A stretch of DNA of 64,000 nt from Eledone cirrhosa (GCA_964016885.1 OZ024740.1:168454001-168518000), one strand, 5' to 3'. Positions 1-13,160 are shown, counted from the first letter of the stretch. A program made the numbers and translations. Notes: generated from the sequence alone by a model not told the origin.

Positions 1-19
1 CACCCACTGCAATTGTAAG

Positions 20-191
20 GTGGGTAGTGCTGGAGTAATGACAAAATGCTCTAGTGCATGCTGAGTGGTTGGCATTAGGAAGGGCATCCAGCCATTGAAA
101 CCAAGCCAAAAGCTAATCCCAGTACAAAACAACCTATCTAACCCATGTAAGCATGGTAAATAACTATTAAGTGGTGATGATGATGATGATA
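20..191 (+). mobile_element. RTE-derived 3' tail fragment
   Basis: GGTTGGCATTAGGAAGGGCATCCAGCC motif, acccatg..agcatgg block and (GAT)n tail, as in the 3' UTR of the intact RTE at 56876-57240. Confidence 0.7.
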
Positions 192-613
192 TCTAATCTT
201 TTAATGTTATATTCCTTATATATGTGCTTATGTGTGTAGTTCAAGCCTTGCTAGCTGGAAAAGTGGATGTTAAATGACGTTTTGTTTATGTATGCATGCA
301 TCGCTTGAATGGGTTTGAACTCAGTCTTTATTTTTAATGCAGTGTTCCAACATTCTTAGTTATTATGACACATTTCATGTTCAGAATATTCTTTGTACTA
401 TCTGATACATATATTGTACACAAAATCATAAAAGATAGATTTATTCTCCAGGCATCTTAATCTATACAAATTTGTGTGAGTCTGTTACATAATTTTTCTT
501 AAATATATGTAATACAAAATATTCTGAGTAGTAACAAAATGAATTAATCAATTTCAAACGAATGAGTCATTGATTGCTGCTGTAATTGTTGTTGTTATTA
601 TTTCTGTATGCAG

Positions 614-699
614 GTATATCCAGTTGATCAAAGAGCTATTAGCTCCTGAGTCTCGCTACATGGTTGCCACAATGCAATATGACCCTTCAAAATATTCAG
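614..699 (+). CDS. TPMT: TPMT internal coding exon (86 nt)
   Basis: Bounded by cag| and |gtaaat. Translates YIQLIKELLAPESRYMVATMQYDPSKYS(G), resembling human TPMT ...[29 protein letters not shown]. Absent from the ORF track. Confidence 0.9.
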
Positions 700-1770
700 G
701 TAAATGAAGAACAGAAAAAGGCAATGTGTACTATACATGCTTGAATATATGGTGAATTGTTTTCTTTCTTCAAAGATTGTCTGTCAAAAAAATAAGACTT
801 TCATTATATTCAAGTCCATACAAAGTTCTTACAAGACATAAAACAACTTTCCAAAAGGACTTGAATATAGTGGACTCCACATTAGAGCAACAATGTATAC
901 ATTAAAAAAAATCTTATCAAGTGTGTATAATGCTTACTTGCCTTCTCTTTACATTTGTACTTAATCTTCTTTTACTAGTTTCAGTCTTTGAACTGTGGCC
1001 ATGCTGATGTACTGCTTCCAAGGATTTTAGGTGTTTAGTCAAATATTTTGAATCCCCTGCTGCACTCAATACACACTCTGGTACTCATTTTAGGGATCTC
1101 TATTTATCAAATAGCTAAGTTCATTTACAGAGTTACTTCTCTGTACACAATAAAACAAAAATACTCTCAGGTCCCAAATAATAGATAGATTAGCAAAATG
1201 TAATAAGTGGGGAGGGAGATCTGAAAAATTAATACGGGGGGGGATTATTTGTGACCTGAGATTACTTGTAAACAAAACTTCATCCCTTTTTTATTATATA
1301 CATTCTGCCTGTGCATTGAGGGTGCATTTTGGTACCACCACCAGTAATATACTGAATCACATACACTATATATATATAAATCAATATGTTAGGAAAAACA
1401 GGCAAGGTGTGATTAGAAAAACTTATTTAATTATACATTCTCACACAAATGAGTTGTGTAGAGATATTGACTGCTCCAATCACTCACTCGTATTGTTACT
1501 CAATGAATCCTCACAGAATAAATACAATATTTAGAATTTCTAGTGATATTAGTGTAGAAGGAAAGAAGAGGAAGGATAAATTGGCCTATGGGCTTCCAGC
1601 AATTTTTGGTACTACATAAATAAGATATGTCATTGGCTGAGAAATAATAATCTATAGATCAAAGGGAATCACATAAGTGATGGGAGTGGCTATTGTGGTA
1701 AGAAGTTTGGGGAGTAGGGGGCAGGGCAAACAAGTGTGATGATTAATGGTGAGAAATAGGTCAGCAAAAA

Positions 1771-1870
1771 GTAGAAATAATTGTTTCTACTTTTTGGCAC
1801 AAGGCCAGCAATTACCCAGTATAATTACTGGTACTTTATTTTATCGACCCCATAAGGATGAAAGGCAAAG
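1771..1870 (-). mobile_element. MetaSINE-like fragment
   Basis: Reverse complement of gcctttcatccttatggggtcgataaaataaagtaccag followed by ttgctggccttgtgccaaa, shared with the copies at 13658 and 22768. Confidence 0.7.
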
Positions 1871-2019
1871 CAAAAAGTAGAAATAATGAATTCTAACTTA
1901 AGTACAAAATATCAAAAATATAACTCTCTACAAGAACTTCATATATGCCACACATAGTATTCAGTAATATGCACAGCACATGCAAAAACAACACAATTAT
2001 AACCAAGTGGTATGTGTAA

Positions 2020-2192
2020 TTAAAGTATGTAGGGCATCCAGCTGTAAAATCGCCAGCCAAATTTATAGTCCTGTTGGAGCAAGGCACACTGTGGCCAATT
2101 CTGGCCAGACTTGTCTCCCAACGTGGACAACCTATCTAACCCATGCAAGCATGAAAAAATGGACACCAGACTGTAATGATGATGGTGATGAT
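2020..2192 (+). mobile_element. Degenerate RTE 3' tail fragment
   Basis: agggcatccagctgtaaaa, acccatgcaagcatg and GAT-like tail. Confidence 0.6.
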
Positions 2193-2672
2193 AGACTCCT
2201 AGCTAATTATGACACAACAGAAACAAATCTAGACCACAAGCTAACAGAAACAAATTTGGGGATGGGTTAAGGCTGGAGGCCAGAATCAGAGTTCTCTGTT
2301 TACTGAAACTAACATTTAAAATTTCCTAAACCATATCATCAAACTAATGTGGAAAACTACCTGCAAAACTGCAGATTAAGGGGAAAGAAAAATATAAATC
2401 ATTATAGAAATTTAATATATATACAACCACTTCCGGCCAGCATGGTATAGCAAGCCACATCGGACACTGGAATAGTTCCTTTATTTTCCTTGGAAGAAGA
2501 GATATTAATCTCGAAATATCAGGACATATGAATAAATTAAGGTTAAAAAAACAAGCCCTGTTTCTTACAATTTAATTATTCTCTGTCCAACCTGCATTGT
2601 CATGGCTTTCAAACTTCAAATTCTTTAATATATTATGTTCAGTAACAAATTATGTTTTTGTTGTTTTTTTAG

Positions 2673-2717
2673 GACCACCTTACAATGTTAGAGAAGATGA
2701 TCTTCAAAATTTATTTG
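2673..2717 (+). CDS. TPMT: TPMT internal coding exon (45 nt)
   Basis: Strong polypyrimidine tract plus tag| acceptor and |gtaagt donor. Encodes GPPYNVREDDLQNLF(G), versus human GPPFYVPHAEIERLFG. Phase is compatible with both neighbouring exons. Confidence 0.92.
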
Positions 2718-3351
2718 GTAAGTAGATAAAGGCCACTCCTGAAAATAGATAAGATTTTCCATCTTAGCATGAAAATAAAATTTTCTGTCAAAATTTTTGA
2801 TTTATTGAAATTATCTCTCTCCTTTTTTCTCTGAGAGTCACTAACAATTGCCACTAGGTTTCTGTTTTCTTTCTCCAACTAAGAAACATTTCAATTCATT
2901 AAAATTTTCTGTATATATTATTCAGTAAATCCTCTCCTACATGAAATATTATAGTTTCAGCTACTAAAGAAGACTCAGATTGTATATTCTTATAATTATT
3001 GAAAGGACTAACTTTTAAAATTATACGAATACAGTCATCTTTTGTACATGCATATATTAAATTCTTTTAACCCAACTGAAATCCAGCCCTTTTTTGCCCA
3101 TTTATAATGATACTTCACTGTTTCTTTTTAAGCACCCTGCAATAATCAACTATTTATTTCTGTATGTTAGAATGCTCTGATGGCATCCACATAAAGTTAG
3201 TGAATTTGTTAGAAATCATTACTAACCAATAAAAAAAACTGCCTGCCAAGTTGCACCTCACAAAACCTATATCACTATATATCAGGATGGTCTGTATTAT
3301 AAAGCCAGAAGTTGTAGCTGTACAGTGACATACCTTTTAACAAGTATTGTG

Positions 3352-3563
3352 ACCACGCTGTAATGTGGCCGTGTAGGTAACACGGTAAAAACCTCCCAGT
3401 CCACACTGTAAACGTGGTTGGTGTTAGGAAGGGCATCCAGCCGTAGAAAACCCGCCAGACAGTCCTGAGCAAGACAACCAATCTTGCCTCAAGTGGGACA
3501 ATTCCCGTCCAGACCCATGCTAGCGTGGAAAATGGACGTTAAACGATGATGATGATGATGATG
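3352..3563 (+). mobile_element. RTE 3' UTR fragment in TPMT intron
   Basis: Closely similar to 57011-57240; (GAT)n tail. Confidence 0.85.
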
Positions 3564-4143
3564 TGTACAGATATAAATTTCTAGTATAGGTCAACTACTT
3601 AGTACACAATTTAATATATAATTGAATTACTACAACCATAAGCACTAAAATTATTCAAATTAGCTACTCCAATTCTAATGTTCTACCATATTTAATGAAT
3701 CTTATCAAGTCTTTAGTTAATAATTTCCTCGTAGATTGTAGATGATGTTGATAGTTATTGATGAATATCACAACAAAAATCAAAACTCAGGTCAAGGTGT
3801 TCATCTTTTTCAATCTATGGAGAAATGAATAAATAAGGTATGTTTACATGTTCAAATGTAAAGAAGTAAGTATTTACATACAGATTTGCAGCCTTGGCTC
3901 ACACTTGTACTATTTGTACAGATATGAATTTATAGTATACTTCAGCAGTTTAGTGCACAAATTACTATGCTAATACAGTTGTACATCTATTTTAGATAAC
4001 CAAAATGACTTTACCAAAATATAACAATATCTAATTCATAACTTGTTTTGGGTTTCCAATCTCAATTGATGATAAATCAATTATTATACATTGGTTGTTA
4101 TATATCAATTATTAGCATTTTATATATATTTCTACCCAAAAAG

Positions 4144-4253
4144 GTGATGTATTCAGTATTGAACTAATTGATGAAAATGACAACAGCTCCAGGTTCAAAG
4201 AGTCTGGATTGGTTGAAATATATGAACGGGTCTACCTCTTGAAAATTAAGTAA
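4144..4253 (+). CDS. TPMT: TPMT terminal coding exon
   Basis: After an aag| acceptor, encodes (G)DVFSIELIDENDNSSRFKESGLVEIYERVYLLKIK*, matching the TPMT C-terminus (...GIDCLFEKLYLLTEK*). TAA at 4251-4253. Confidence 0.88.
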
Positions 4254-4559
4254 AGAATGCTAATTTTTAAAGGTATGTTGGTATTGCACATTTATTTTCT
4301 TCTATTTTCCATTATTGTAATTTCGGTAGGTTTTCACTGGAGGTCATTAACCATAGACTGAAGACTTCTGTATTCATGAAGTGTTTATCCAGGTTTCTTG
4401 TGTTCTGAATTTGAATCCAACAAAAGCCATTTTTGTCATTGATCTTTCTGGGCTTCATAAATGAAGTGCCAGTCTCGAGTGTCAAAGAGAATTCCTTGCA
4501 GTATGTGTTCCAGCTCTTTGCATAATTAGTTCAAATCTTGCTGTGACCTACATGTGTTG

Positions 4560-5330
4560 TAGACTTAATCCGCTACCTAGTTTAAGTCTTCCAACTTGTT
4601 CTTAAGTGCATTTAACAGAGTCCACTCTGTTCAAGCATTCAGGCTTGTCTCCATTTTGAAGATACTTTCCTCCCTAACCTCTCTTTTAATAGTCTTGGAG
4701 ATCCAGAAAAGGATCATGAGCACTGCCTTTTTTTCTGACTAAGTGATAAAAAAAACAAGCCAAAAGATATTACATTTAAAAACTTTTCCCTTGCTTTCTC
4801 TGAAGCCACTGGAGTGTTTTTAGACTCAATTCTAATTGGGAAAATTGTTAATGTTACCAACAGCTACGTTTTAGGTAGTAAACAATATGTTTACAAGTGT
4901 GGATATGATGCTGCTGTATGGTAGTAAAATATCAGTGAAGAAGCCAAGAGATATAGTGTCTAAATATACCAAATTGAAGATTGTGAGTTTGGACTTTACA
5001 CCTACCTCACTTGGATGCAATAGGATCTGGATACCTAGTCCTAACCCCCTTATCAGCCAGTGCTTCCCACTTTAGGTTGAGCTGGACCTTCCAGTTTTGT
5101 GGGTTTTCTTGGCTTTGGGTAGTCTCAGGTTGTAGATAACTAGATGGTGATCTGTCGACAGAGTCAATAAAATACTGGTCCAATGCTGGACTCAATTCTT
5201 TCTCTCTTTCTGGAAGAAATCAGCAGTAGTCAAACCTGGAGAGGAATGGATTCCATCAGGTTTAGATGCCACAACAGTCCCTCTATGACTCCATTGGTAC
5301 TGATGACCTAAGACATAGCAGTAGGGAAGC
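4560..5330 (-). mobile_element. Degenerate RTE-like LINE fragment (APE C-terminus and linker)
   Basis: Minus strand gives LSTDHHLVIYNLRL and, in another frame, LKWEALADKGVR; many stops. Confidence 0.6.
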
Positions 5331-6155
5331 ACTTTGATCAAGTTCACTGATAATCTGATTTATTTACTCAGTTTGGGATTCTCTTTCAATGAATATAAAT
5401 ACCCAATTTTGCTTGAAAGGAAAAATTCTTAATTGTATCACATGTTTAATAATGTGTGTTGTTTGTTTTTTGTTTTAGTTACCTTTTGGTATTCAGACTC
5501 ACTTGGACTTCCAACAAGATATTCATCCATACACAACCAGAAAGCGTTGTGAAATTGAGTATATTTTTATCCAAAAACTTTTATCTGTTTTTATTTATTT
5601 ATTTTCATTTTTATATAAATTTATTTCGGTCATCCTTACATTTTTCTGATATTTTACGCCCCATAATTTTAACAATTTACGTAATTGTATGTATACATTA
5701 ATGAAATTGAATGTAATTGCCTTCAATGGTTAAATATGTAACACGATTTAAGGATTTTATTAATGGTGGTGTGATCTACATTAGTAAGAACGTGCCGAAT
5801 TTACATATATAAATTGATTTGCCATGAAGAGGAAACATGTAATGTTTTAATGTCTCAAGCAGCACACACACTTTATAAAGGGTCCTGCCTGTAAAGTTTA
5901 ATTTTTTCCATATTTTCACCAGAAACCAATGTATTCCACTTTTGAACTGTTCAGCGCTAATTTCCTCAGACCTTACTGTATGCCATATTGAATTGTCTTT
6001 TTCTTATATATTCTGATTTGAAACCCTCCAAGATTAACTCTCTTTTTCCTCTTTATATATTTAAGATAACTCAATCAAATATACTTCCACTTCTATGGAA
6101 TTGGCCTTGTGCCAAAAAAAAAGTTTTCCCTGCACTGGTGCTAACCAATTTTTTG

Positions 6156-6189
<34 letters not shown>

Positions 6190-6190
<1 letters not shown>

Positions 6191-6570
6191 TCAAAAATCC
6201 CACATGACTTTGGAGGGTCTTTGGAGTAACGTTACTTGATAAAGTGCATAACTCAGAGATTAGAGAGTCACTCCAGATAGATCTGCTACTTTTCTGAATT
6301 GAGGGATCACAACTCCAATACTATGGACATGTGGTTAGAATGTCTCAGGAAAGAATCGCTGAACAGATTTTACGGGCAAAACCAAGCAACAAGAAACCCA
6401 GGGGCATACTCTGAACAAAATGGTTGGATAACATCCATGAGCTTAGCTAGTTATACTTGGGGATCCAGCCATATCAGTTGGAGATGGTTACCTCTGACAA
6501 GACCTGCTGGAAGGAGTGTTTGAGGACTCTACCCCAACGACCTTCTCAGGAATAAGTGGGCAAAGAAGAA
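6190..6570 (+). mobile_element. RTE-like LINE 3' end (second family, AAG tail)
   Basis: Decayed YGHVVRMSQERIA.QILRAKP..RPRG motif; ends ggaataagtgggcaaagaagaag. Related copy at about 15730-16045. Confidence 0.7.
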
Positions 6571-7321
6571 GGTAATTAAGGGGTGGGGGAATAGCAACTT
6601 ATAATTACAGTTTGGAGATTTCCCTTAAATACTGCTGTGACAATCCCGTCATTGACTTTAGTTACTTTTGAAAATAGAGAAAGGAGCTGTATTTGTACCA
6701 TCAAATCAACTCCTCTAATTGCAGCACTGTGTCATTTTTTGATGCTGGTGCAATGAGTAGATGCTTTTGCTGATGTTCTGGGTGATTATCTCTGGTTCAT
6801 TTTCTTTGTGGTTTAAACCGTGTTCCTGGACACATGCAATCGCAATGTTATAAGTGTTGGTATGCTTGTTGCGCTCCTCATGGGAAAACTAGGGCAACCT
6901 GGGATTTTGTCCAGAACCTCTTCAATATATTCACAGCTAACCTTCATATCTGAAGGTCATACCTCTATCCACTATCTAATGTTATGGGAGTTATCTTCCC
7001 CACAAACATATAAGGACAAGGCAATATCTCTAGTAATAAAATGCATCCAGTACATGTTGTAAACTAGTTGACAAAAGGAAGTGCATCCGACCATTGAAAA
7101 CATGCTAAAAATAGAACACAGAAGCAAGATGCAACCCTCAACTATTATAGGGAGGCAGTAACTCTGAACTAGAGCTGATTCAGTCTGTGACAACCCATCC
7201 AACCTATACCAGCATAGAAAAACGAATGTAAAATCATAATGAGGATGATCTATCTTAATGTGAAACTGTAAATAAAATCTAAAATTTATGAATTTTTTAA
7301 TTGCCTGTTAATATATCGTGC

Positions 7322-7366
<45 letters not shown>

Positions 7367-7819
7367 TAAGTGTATAGGTAGGACTACATTTTTATAATTA
7401 TATGTGTTGGTTCTAATTTTATACAAATAAAAGAATCATGACATTGCTCAATAAAGATTATGAAATCAAATATAAATAAAGCATTAACATTTTTGTCTTA
7501 TATTTTGGCTACTTAATTTTCATTGAAGAAATATGAAATAGCTGCCATTAAGCACTGAGTGTTTTATGTTCCAGTCACTGTTGCAGCACTGTAAAATTGA
7601 TTGTTTTGTTCTTCTTGAATTAAGACCATGCTGCTGTACTACATTCATGTGTTCTAGCTGATCATATCATCCCCGGTGCTTATTTCAACCTGGTACTTAT
7701 TTTTATCACTCTCTGTTTATGGATTCTTACTAAATAAGGTTTCTTTTTTTGCTTTTGAATAAAATTTCCAATTTGATATATTGTTATGCAACTCAACACA
7801 CAGCTTTATACCAGTATAA

Positions 7820-8369
7820 ACATGCCAAACACCCCCGACGGAATCACCCTCTTCTCATTTGAAGGAGGTAGATCCCTCATCTGGGACGCCACCTGCTGTG
7901 ACACGTTCTCCGCCACCAACTTAGTCACTTCGACCACAAACCCCGGCATCACATCCCGCCTTGCAGAAGAATGGAAAATAAACAAATACCAGGGTTTGAC
8001 TGGCCGCTTCCTCTTCTCACCGGTTGCCGTTGAGACCTCAGACATACTTGGACCCCGTACTTCCGAGCTCCTCCGCAAGATCGGAACGTTGGCACCCCAT
8101 CTAAGGAAGGAGTCCCGTGAGGTTGGGTGGCTGTTGTAGTGGGTGTCACTGGCCATCGTCCAGGGGAATGCTTTTGCCTTCATGTTCGCAGGACGCAGCA
8201 CTTCTTGCCCTAGACTCAAAGCCAAAACACCCTCCCCCTCCCCCCTATCTCTTCTGCGACATCAGAGCTCTTGCCATCCCCTCTCTTTCCTGTTCTTTTT
8301 CTTCTTTCTTTCTCTTTTTCTACATTTCTTTATTTCTTTCCTTTTTTTTCCCCTTTTTTTATTTTTTCA
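7820..8369 (+). mobile_element. 5'-truncated CRE-clade non-LTR retrotransposon (restriction-like endonuclease end plus 3' UTR)
   Basis: PDGITL...LIWDATCCDT...K..KY...F.PVAVETS..LGP...SLAIVQGNA is the CRE RLE signature. T-rich tail and long flanking direct repeats. Confidence 0.8.
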
Positions 8370-8695
8370 TACTAAATAAGGTTTGTTTGTTTTTTTTGGC
8401 TTTTGAATAAAATTTCCAATTTGATATAATGTTATGCAACTCAACACAGCTTTATACCAGTATAACAAACAGATACACATAGACATCATATTGCTATGAT
8501 GGATGGACTCTGAGAGATAGTCCAGCTAAAATCTTCGTCCTTTCAGTGCCTGCCTCCACCAATGTTATTGAAAAACAACAACAACAACAACAACAAAAAA
8601 ACGATGACTATCTTCCTCTACCATTGTTACTGAACAACGGCAAAAACCTATGACACTGGCTTCTGCTGCTATTCCATCAGAAACAACAACAACCC

Positions 8696-9490
8696 ATGTC
8701 TTCCGCTCCCAGTACATCTCGACACCAACAACCAGCGACTGTGTCTTCCCCTACCATTCCCGTGGAGGAACATCAACAACAACAACAACAGAACAGCAGC
8801 AACAACAACAACCACCACCACCATACCATCACCAACAGCAGTAGTAGTAGTAGTAGTAGTACAGATTTTGCCGAATTGCAACTAATGATTTCTGCTTTAA
8901 GAAGGGAAGTAACAGGAATAAAAGCATGCATTCGGGTAGGACCCCACAATGAGGGGTCTTATCGGAATGCCTTGCTAAAGAATCTCCCTGTATCTCTTGC
9001 CATATTTGGGTACACTGAGAAGACTGTGGAATCTGCTACCCATGAAGTAATTGCTATTGGGGTACCAGAGGACAAGGCTGATCTTCAGGCATTTGCTGCC
9101 AGCTCAGCCAAATACCTAGGCTGTGTTCCCCCAAAGGGTGCTCTCCGCCTTGGTCGACCTGGTCCAAAACCCAGACTCATCAGGCTGTCTTTTTCGGACC
9201 CCGCTGAGGCAATTTCATATCATCTGGCCTCTGTTAAAGCTGGGTGTGAAAATCAGATTACCTTCTGAATACGCCCAGGCCTACCACCCGATGTACATCC
9301 AAAACTACGTGCTGCAGCTTCTTTGAATCGGAACTCAGCACAACATGAAAGTTTTAGTCTGCGTGATGATGGGCAGATCAGGAAGTTTGTTAAGGCTGGT
9401 GAAACGTGGAAGAGAGATACCAGCTGGTCTGAGTGTGCTCTACCTCCAATAACTGGCAATGAAAAAACTGCAACAACTCTGGGAAACTAA
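8696..9490 (+). pseudogene. LINE ORF1 (Q/N/H/S-rich N-terminus, coiled-coil, RLG..P.PRLI motif)
   Basis: 190-aa ORF in the track; the same frame stays open after the single TGA until GGA AAC TAA at 9482-9490. Confidence 0.7.
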
Positions 9491-12233
9491 ACCAGAACAA
9501 CCTGCCATCCTCTACACACCATCATAAACTGCAAGCAGGGTACAAATTGTTGTCCTTAAATGCTTGCAGTTTATGCAACAAGATACATCTGTTTACCTCC
9601 TATGTCAGAAGCATCGACCCTGACTTCATCACAGTCACGGAAACCTGGGCACATTCCTTACTCTGTAATGGGGTTTTCAGCATTACTGGGTACAACCTTT
9701 TCTGCAAGGACCGCATTAATCGCTGTGGTGGTGGTGTGATGGTCTACGTACGTTCAAACTTTTCGGTAATTCCTTGCGTTGATTTGAACGAATCACAAGG
9801 AAGTTTTTTTTGTGACATACGTATGACTATGTCAACACTTCTGCTTGGTGTTGTTTATCGCCCCCTAAACTACCATCAGGACACACAGCTTTGCGATATC
9901 CTCAGAGCTGCTGTCAGGAAAACAGCCACTTATGTGTTTATTGCAGGTGACTTCAATCATCCTGAGATCGATTGGGAAACCTTTCGTTGGCCACAAAGTG
10001 CAAATGATTTCCTTGAGCTAGTGCTGGACTCAAACTGGTCACAAGTAGTCACCTGTCCAACAAGAGGTGACAACACTTTGGACCTGATCTTCACCACTAC
10101 CCCTGAAGTGGTTATCAGTTGTACTACTGAAGAACTTCTAGGCAACTCTGATCATGCTATGATCATTGCCAATCTGGCTCTTGCGGGCAGCAACAGAAAC
10201 CAGAACCATCTCCAATCTGCTTGCTTTGATTGGAAGAAAGCAGATTGGAACTTGTATTGCACTGAGCTACAGTGCCCAAACTGGCATGAGTTCTATAACT
10301 CTGGAGATGTGAACACTATACTCCGGAGCATCCTGGACTCATTATGGATAGCGTGTGCAGCATCGTTGCCACGTAAGCAGAAAAAAACCCACCCCAAAAG
10401 TGCAATTTGGGAAACTTCAGCGGTCCGACTTGCCAGGAAAGAACGTTGGAACGCTGAACAGGAATATAAACTGCATAAATCAGATGCCAACAGAAGAAAG
10501 CGGAATAAATCTTCCAACCATCTCAAGCAAGTGACAAAAAAGGCAGTGCTTGAATTTGAACAGTGCATAGCAACCAATCCTGACAGTAAGGTATTCTTGA
10601 AATATGTTCATTCAAAGCAGAGACCTCACTCGCCAGTTAGACCTCTTCGCAATCCCCACACAAGCCAGATCACTGACGATCCCAAAGAATGCGCAGAACT
10701 CATTGCTGAGTACTATGCAAGCATTTTTACTATTGAAAACCAGAATGTACCATCTCCACCATCTCTAACATCAAATTCCTTAAGAACTATGGAATTTACA
10801 CCTGCAATGTTGCAACGTTACCTTAAGTATAAGCGCAACTATGCCTCCCCTGGTCTTGATGGTGTTACATACCTGCTTCTCAAACGGGGCAGGTACTTCC
10901 TTTTGCACCAGCTTTCTTCTTTCAATACTGTCTCAACAATGGTGCTACTCTGGAGCAGTGGAAAACTGCCAGTGTCATTCCCCTGTTCAAAAAGAGTGAC
11001 TGCACGTCACCTGTCAACTATTGTCCAGTCAGTCTTACTAGCTGTATTGCCAAACTGATGGAATCCTGTGTCAGAGAAACACTTTGGAACTTCTGGAGCT
11101 CTCACAGCCTCATCCGGCCCTTGCAGTTTGGATTTATCCCTAACTCCAGCTGCTGTGATCAGCTTATCGAATTCCTTGAAGATATTACCTGGATCACTGA
11201 CAGCGGCTCATGGGTGGATGTTGTTTACCTTGACTTCGCCACACAAAAGACGTATGGCAAAACTCTCTGCAATGGGTGTGAAGGATGATTTTTTAACTGG
11301 TTGAAGTCCTTCATTCTCAGTCGAAGAGAGGTAGTCACGGTTCTAGGACAGCATTCCTCACCATATGAGATGTCATCTGGTGTATCACAGGGATCTGTTT
11401 GTGGCATATATTAATGATATAGATGCCAACTGAAATATGCAGATGACATCAAGCTGTACCTTAAAATCAAAAAGACTGATCCTGAAATCTACAACTCTTT
11501 ACTACAATCAAACCTGGACACAATGCAGCAATGGATCACAGACTGGCAACTGAAGCTGGCTGTGGACAAGTGTACCACCATGCATTTTGGGAGGAAAAAT
11601 CCAGCATCCACATACTCCTTCCACAACACTGATATCAAGAAGTCCTCTTGTGAACGTGACCTGGGCATTACTGTCAGCAGTGATTTGCGTTGGACAAAGC
11701 ATGTCTCTAAGATTGTCAAGAAGGCCGAAGGTGTCTTGGCATCACTCAGCAAGACCTTTGTTAGCCACTCTCCAGCCATCTATTTAAAGCTGTATACAGC
11801 TATGGTATGACCACACTTGGAATTCGCATCATCAGTCTGGAACCCCTATCTTGCTCAGAACATTGACCTCCTGGAAACTGTTCAGAGACGTGCAACCAAG
11901 CGCATACCCTCCATCAGACACCTACCATACTCTGAACGCCTTGCTTCCCTGGGCATGGATTCATTGAAGCTCTGACGTCTGGCAATGGACTTGGTAAACA
12001 CCCACAAAGTTATTAACCATCTCGCCAACAACAACCCTGAGCACCTTTTTGATCTCCACGTGGACATGCCTACAAAATCAGAAAACAGCACAGCTCCCAT
12101 GACTTTCGGAAACATTTTTTCACGCTCAGTTGCTGAAGCATGGAACAAACTGCCTGCATCAGTTGTTAGCTGCCGAGACACTGCATCCTTTAAAACCCTC
12201 ATGCTTCCAGAAATTCGCCAAAACTACACCTGA
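9481..12233 (+). pseudogene. LINE ORF2, APE endonuclease plus reverse transcriptase (frameshifted)
   Basis: 503-aa open APE/linker segment 9547-11058, followed by fragmented RT pieces. Confidence 0.88.
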
Positions 12234-12927
12234 TGTACCCCTTCCATACACATGCACACGTGTATATCATGACTCATGTACTGTTCATTTTCCTGACGTT
12301 TGTACATTATCCTATGTACTATACATACACTTTTTGATGAGTTGTAGTGCACCTGAGCACTGTACACAATATTTCATTATTATTTATTATTATTATACAT
12401 ACATTCCATACAATTTTCATCTACCTGATTTTATTCACAAGCTATTAGTCAACCCAAAGTGACAGTAGTAGACACTTGCCAAAGATGTTTTGCAGTGGTT
12501 CAAAGTGTATCTTTTAACTTCACAGCTATTTTAGTACACAATGTTAAATTCAACTCCTGTCAGTGTAACTTGAGGGTTGATGTGATCCAGTAAGATGATA
12601 TTCCATAGATACAATACATGAAGTCATCAGAAGTTCCTGTACAACCTAACATCATGTGACTTGAACATTTTTGAGCCAAAAGTAAAACTCTCTAGAAAGT
12701 TCAACATACAATGTGATTTTAATTCTGAATTGAATCATTTCAGTTTACTTAATATAGAAAAGCTTCTAGGACTAGAACTGTTTCATTCATGAGAAATCAT
12801 CAGGAAGCTGACTCTCCAAGTAATATGGTGGTGTTTATATCTTTACTGGTGGTAGGAGAGGGTGGTAATTGAGTACAATATGGGTGTGCCTAAAAATATC
12901 TGACTGATAAAATGACAAGTCAGTCAA

Positions 12928-13160
12928 TCATATTGGTGGTCTCCCCACAGTCCCGGTGGACAGAATAGAGAAGGCGTTTACCCGGAGAATGGCAAGAGAG
13001 ACGCACTGGAAAAGCCATTCCAACTTGCGGGGCTCATACCTGCAACTGGCCAGCTCAGCGCCTATAGTGGTGAGTAGGGAGGTAGCCCTAGGGCCGAGGA
13101 CACCAGAAGTCTCTACTGCCATGGGTACAACCGCAAACCTGTCGGAGAGCGACCGGTATT
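12928..13160 (-). mobile_element. CRE-clade RLE fragment
   Basis: AVETSGVLGPRA..LL..IG...WLFQCVSLAILRVNA, homologous to the 7820-8369 element. Confidence 0.75.

Larger units (their letters stand above)
8480..12395 (+). mobile_element. Near full-length CR1-like LINE, copy 1 (ORF1 plus APE-RT ORF2, disrupted)
   Basis: ORF1 8696-9490 with one internal TGA at 9266 that is CGA in copy 2. ORF2 has APE motifs (N..SL.NK, TETW, GDFNHP, LDL, SDH) and RT motifs (QFGF, VYLDF, QGS, YADD). ATT-type tail. The 5' boundary is approximate. Confidence 0.9.

Noticed and set aside
5007-5195. Minus-strand ORF ending at a GTGAG donor-like site as a host exon
   Set aside because: The adjacent frame gives LSTDHHLV, identifying a decayed RTE endonuclease end.
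5296-5340. CTGATGA-ccta..tagg-GAAG as a hammerhead
   Set aside because: No GAAA and no convincing stem I or III; it lies within a LINE remnant.
7325-7353. Poly(A) run as a retrocopy tail or TPMT mRNA end
   Set aside because: No recognisable upstream retrocopy or TSD; cannot be distinguished from a simple repeat.
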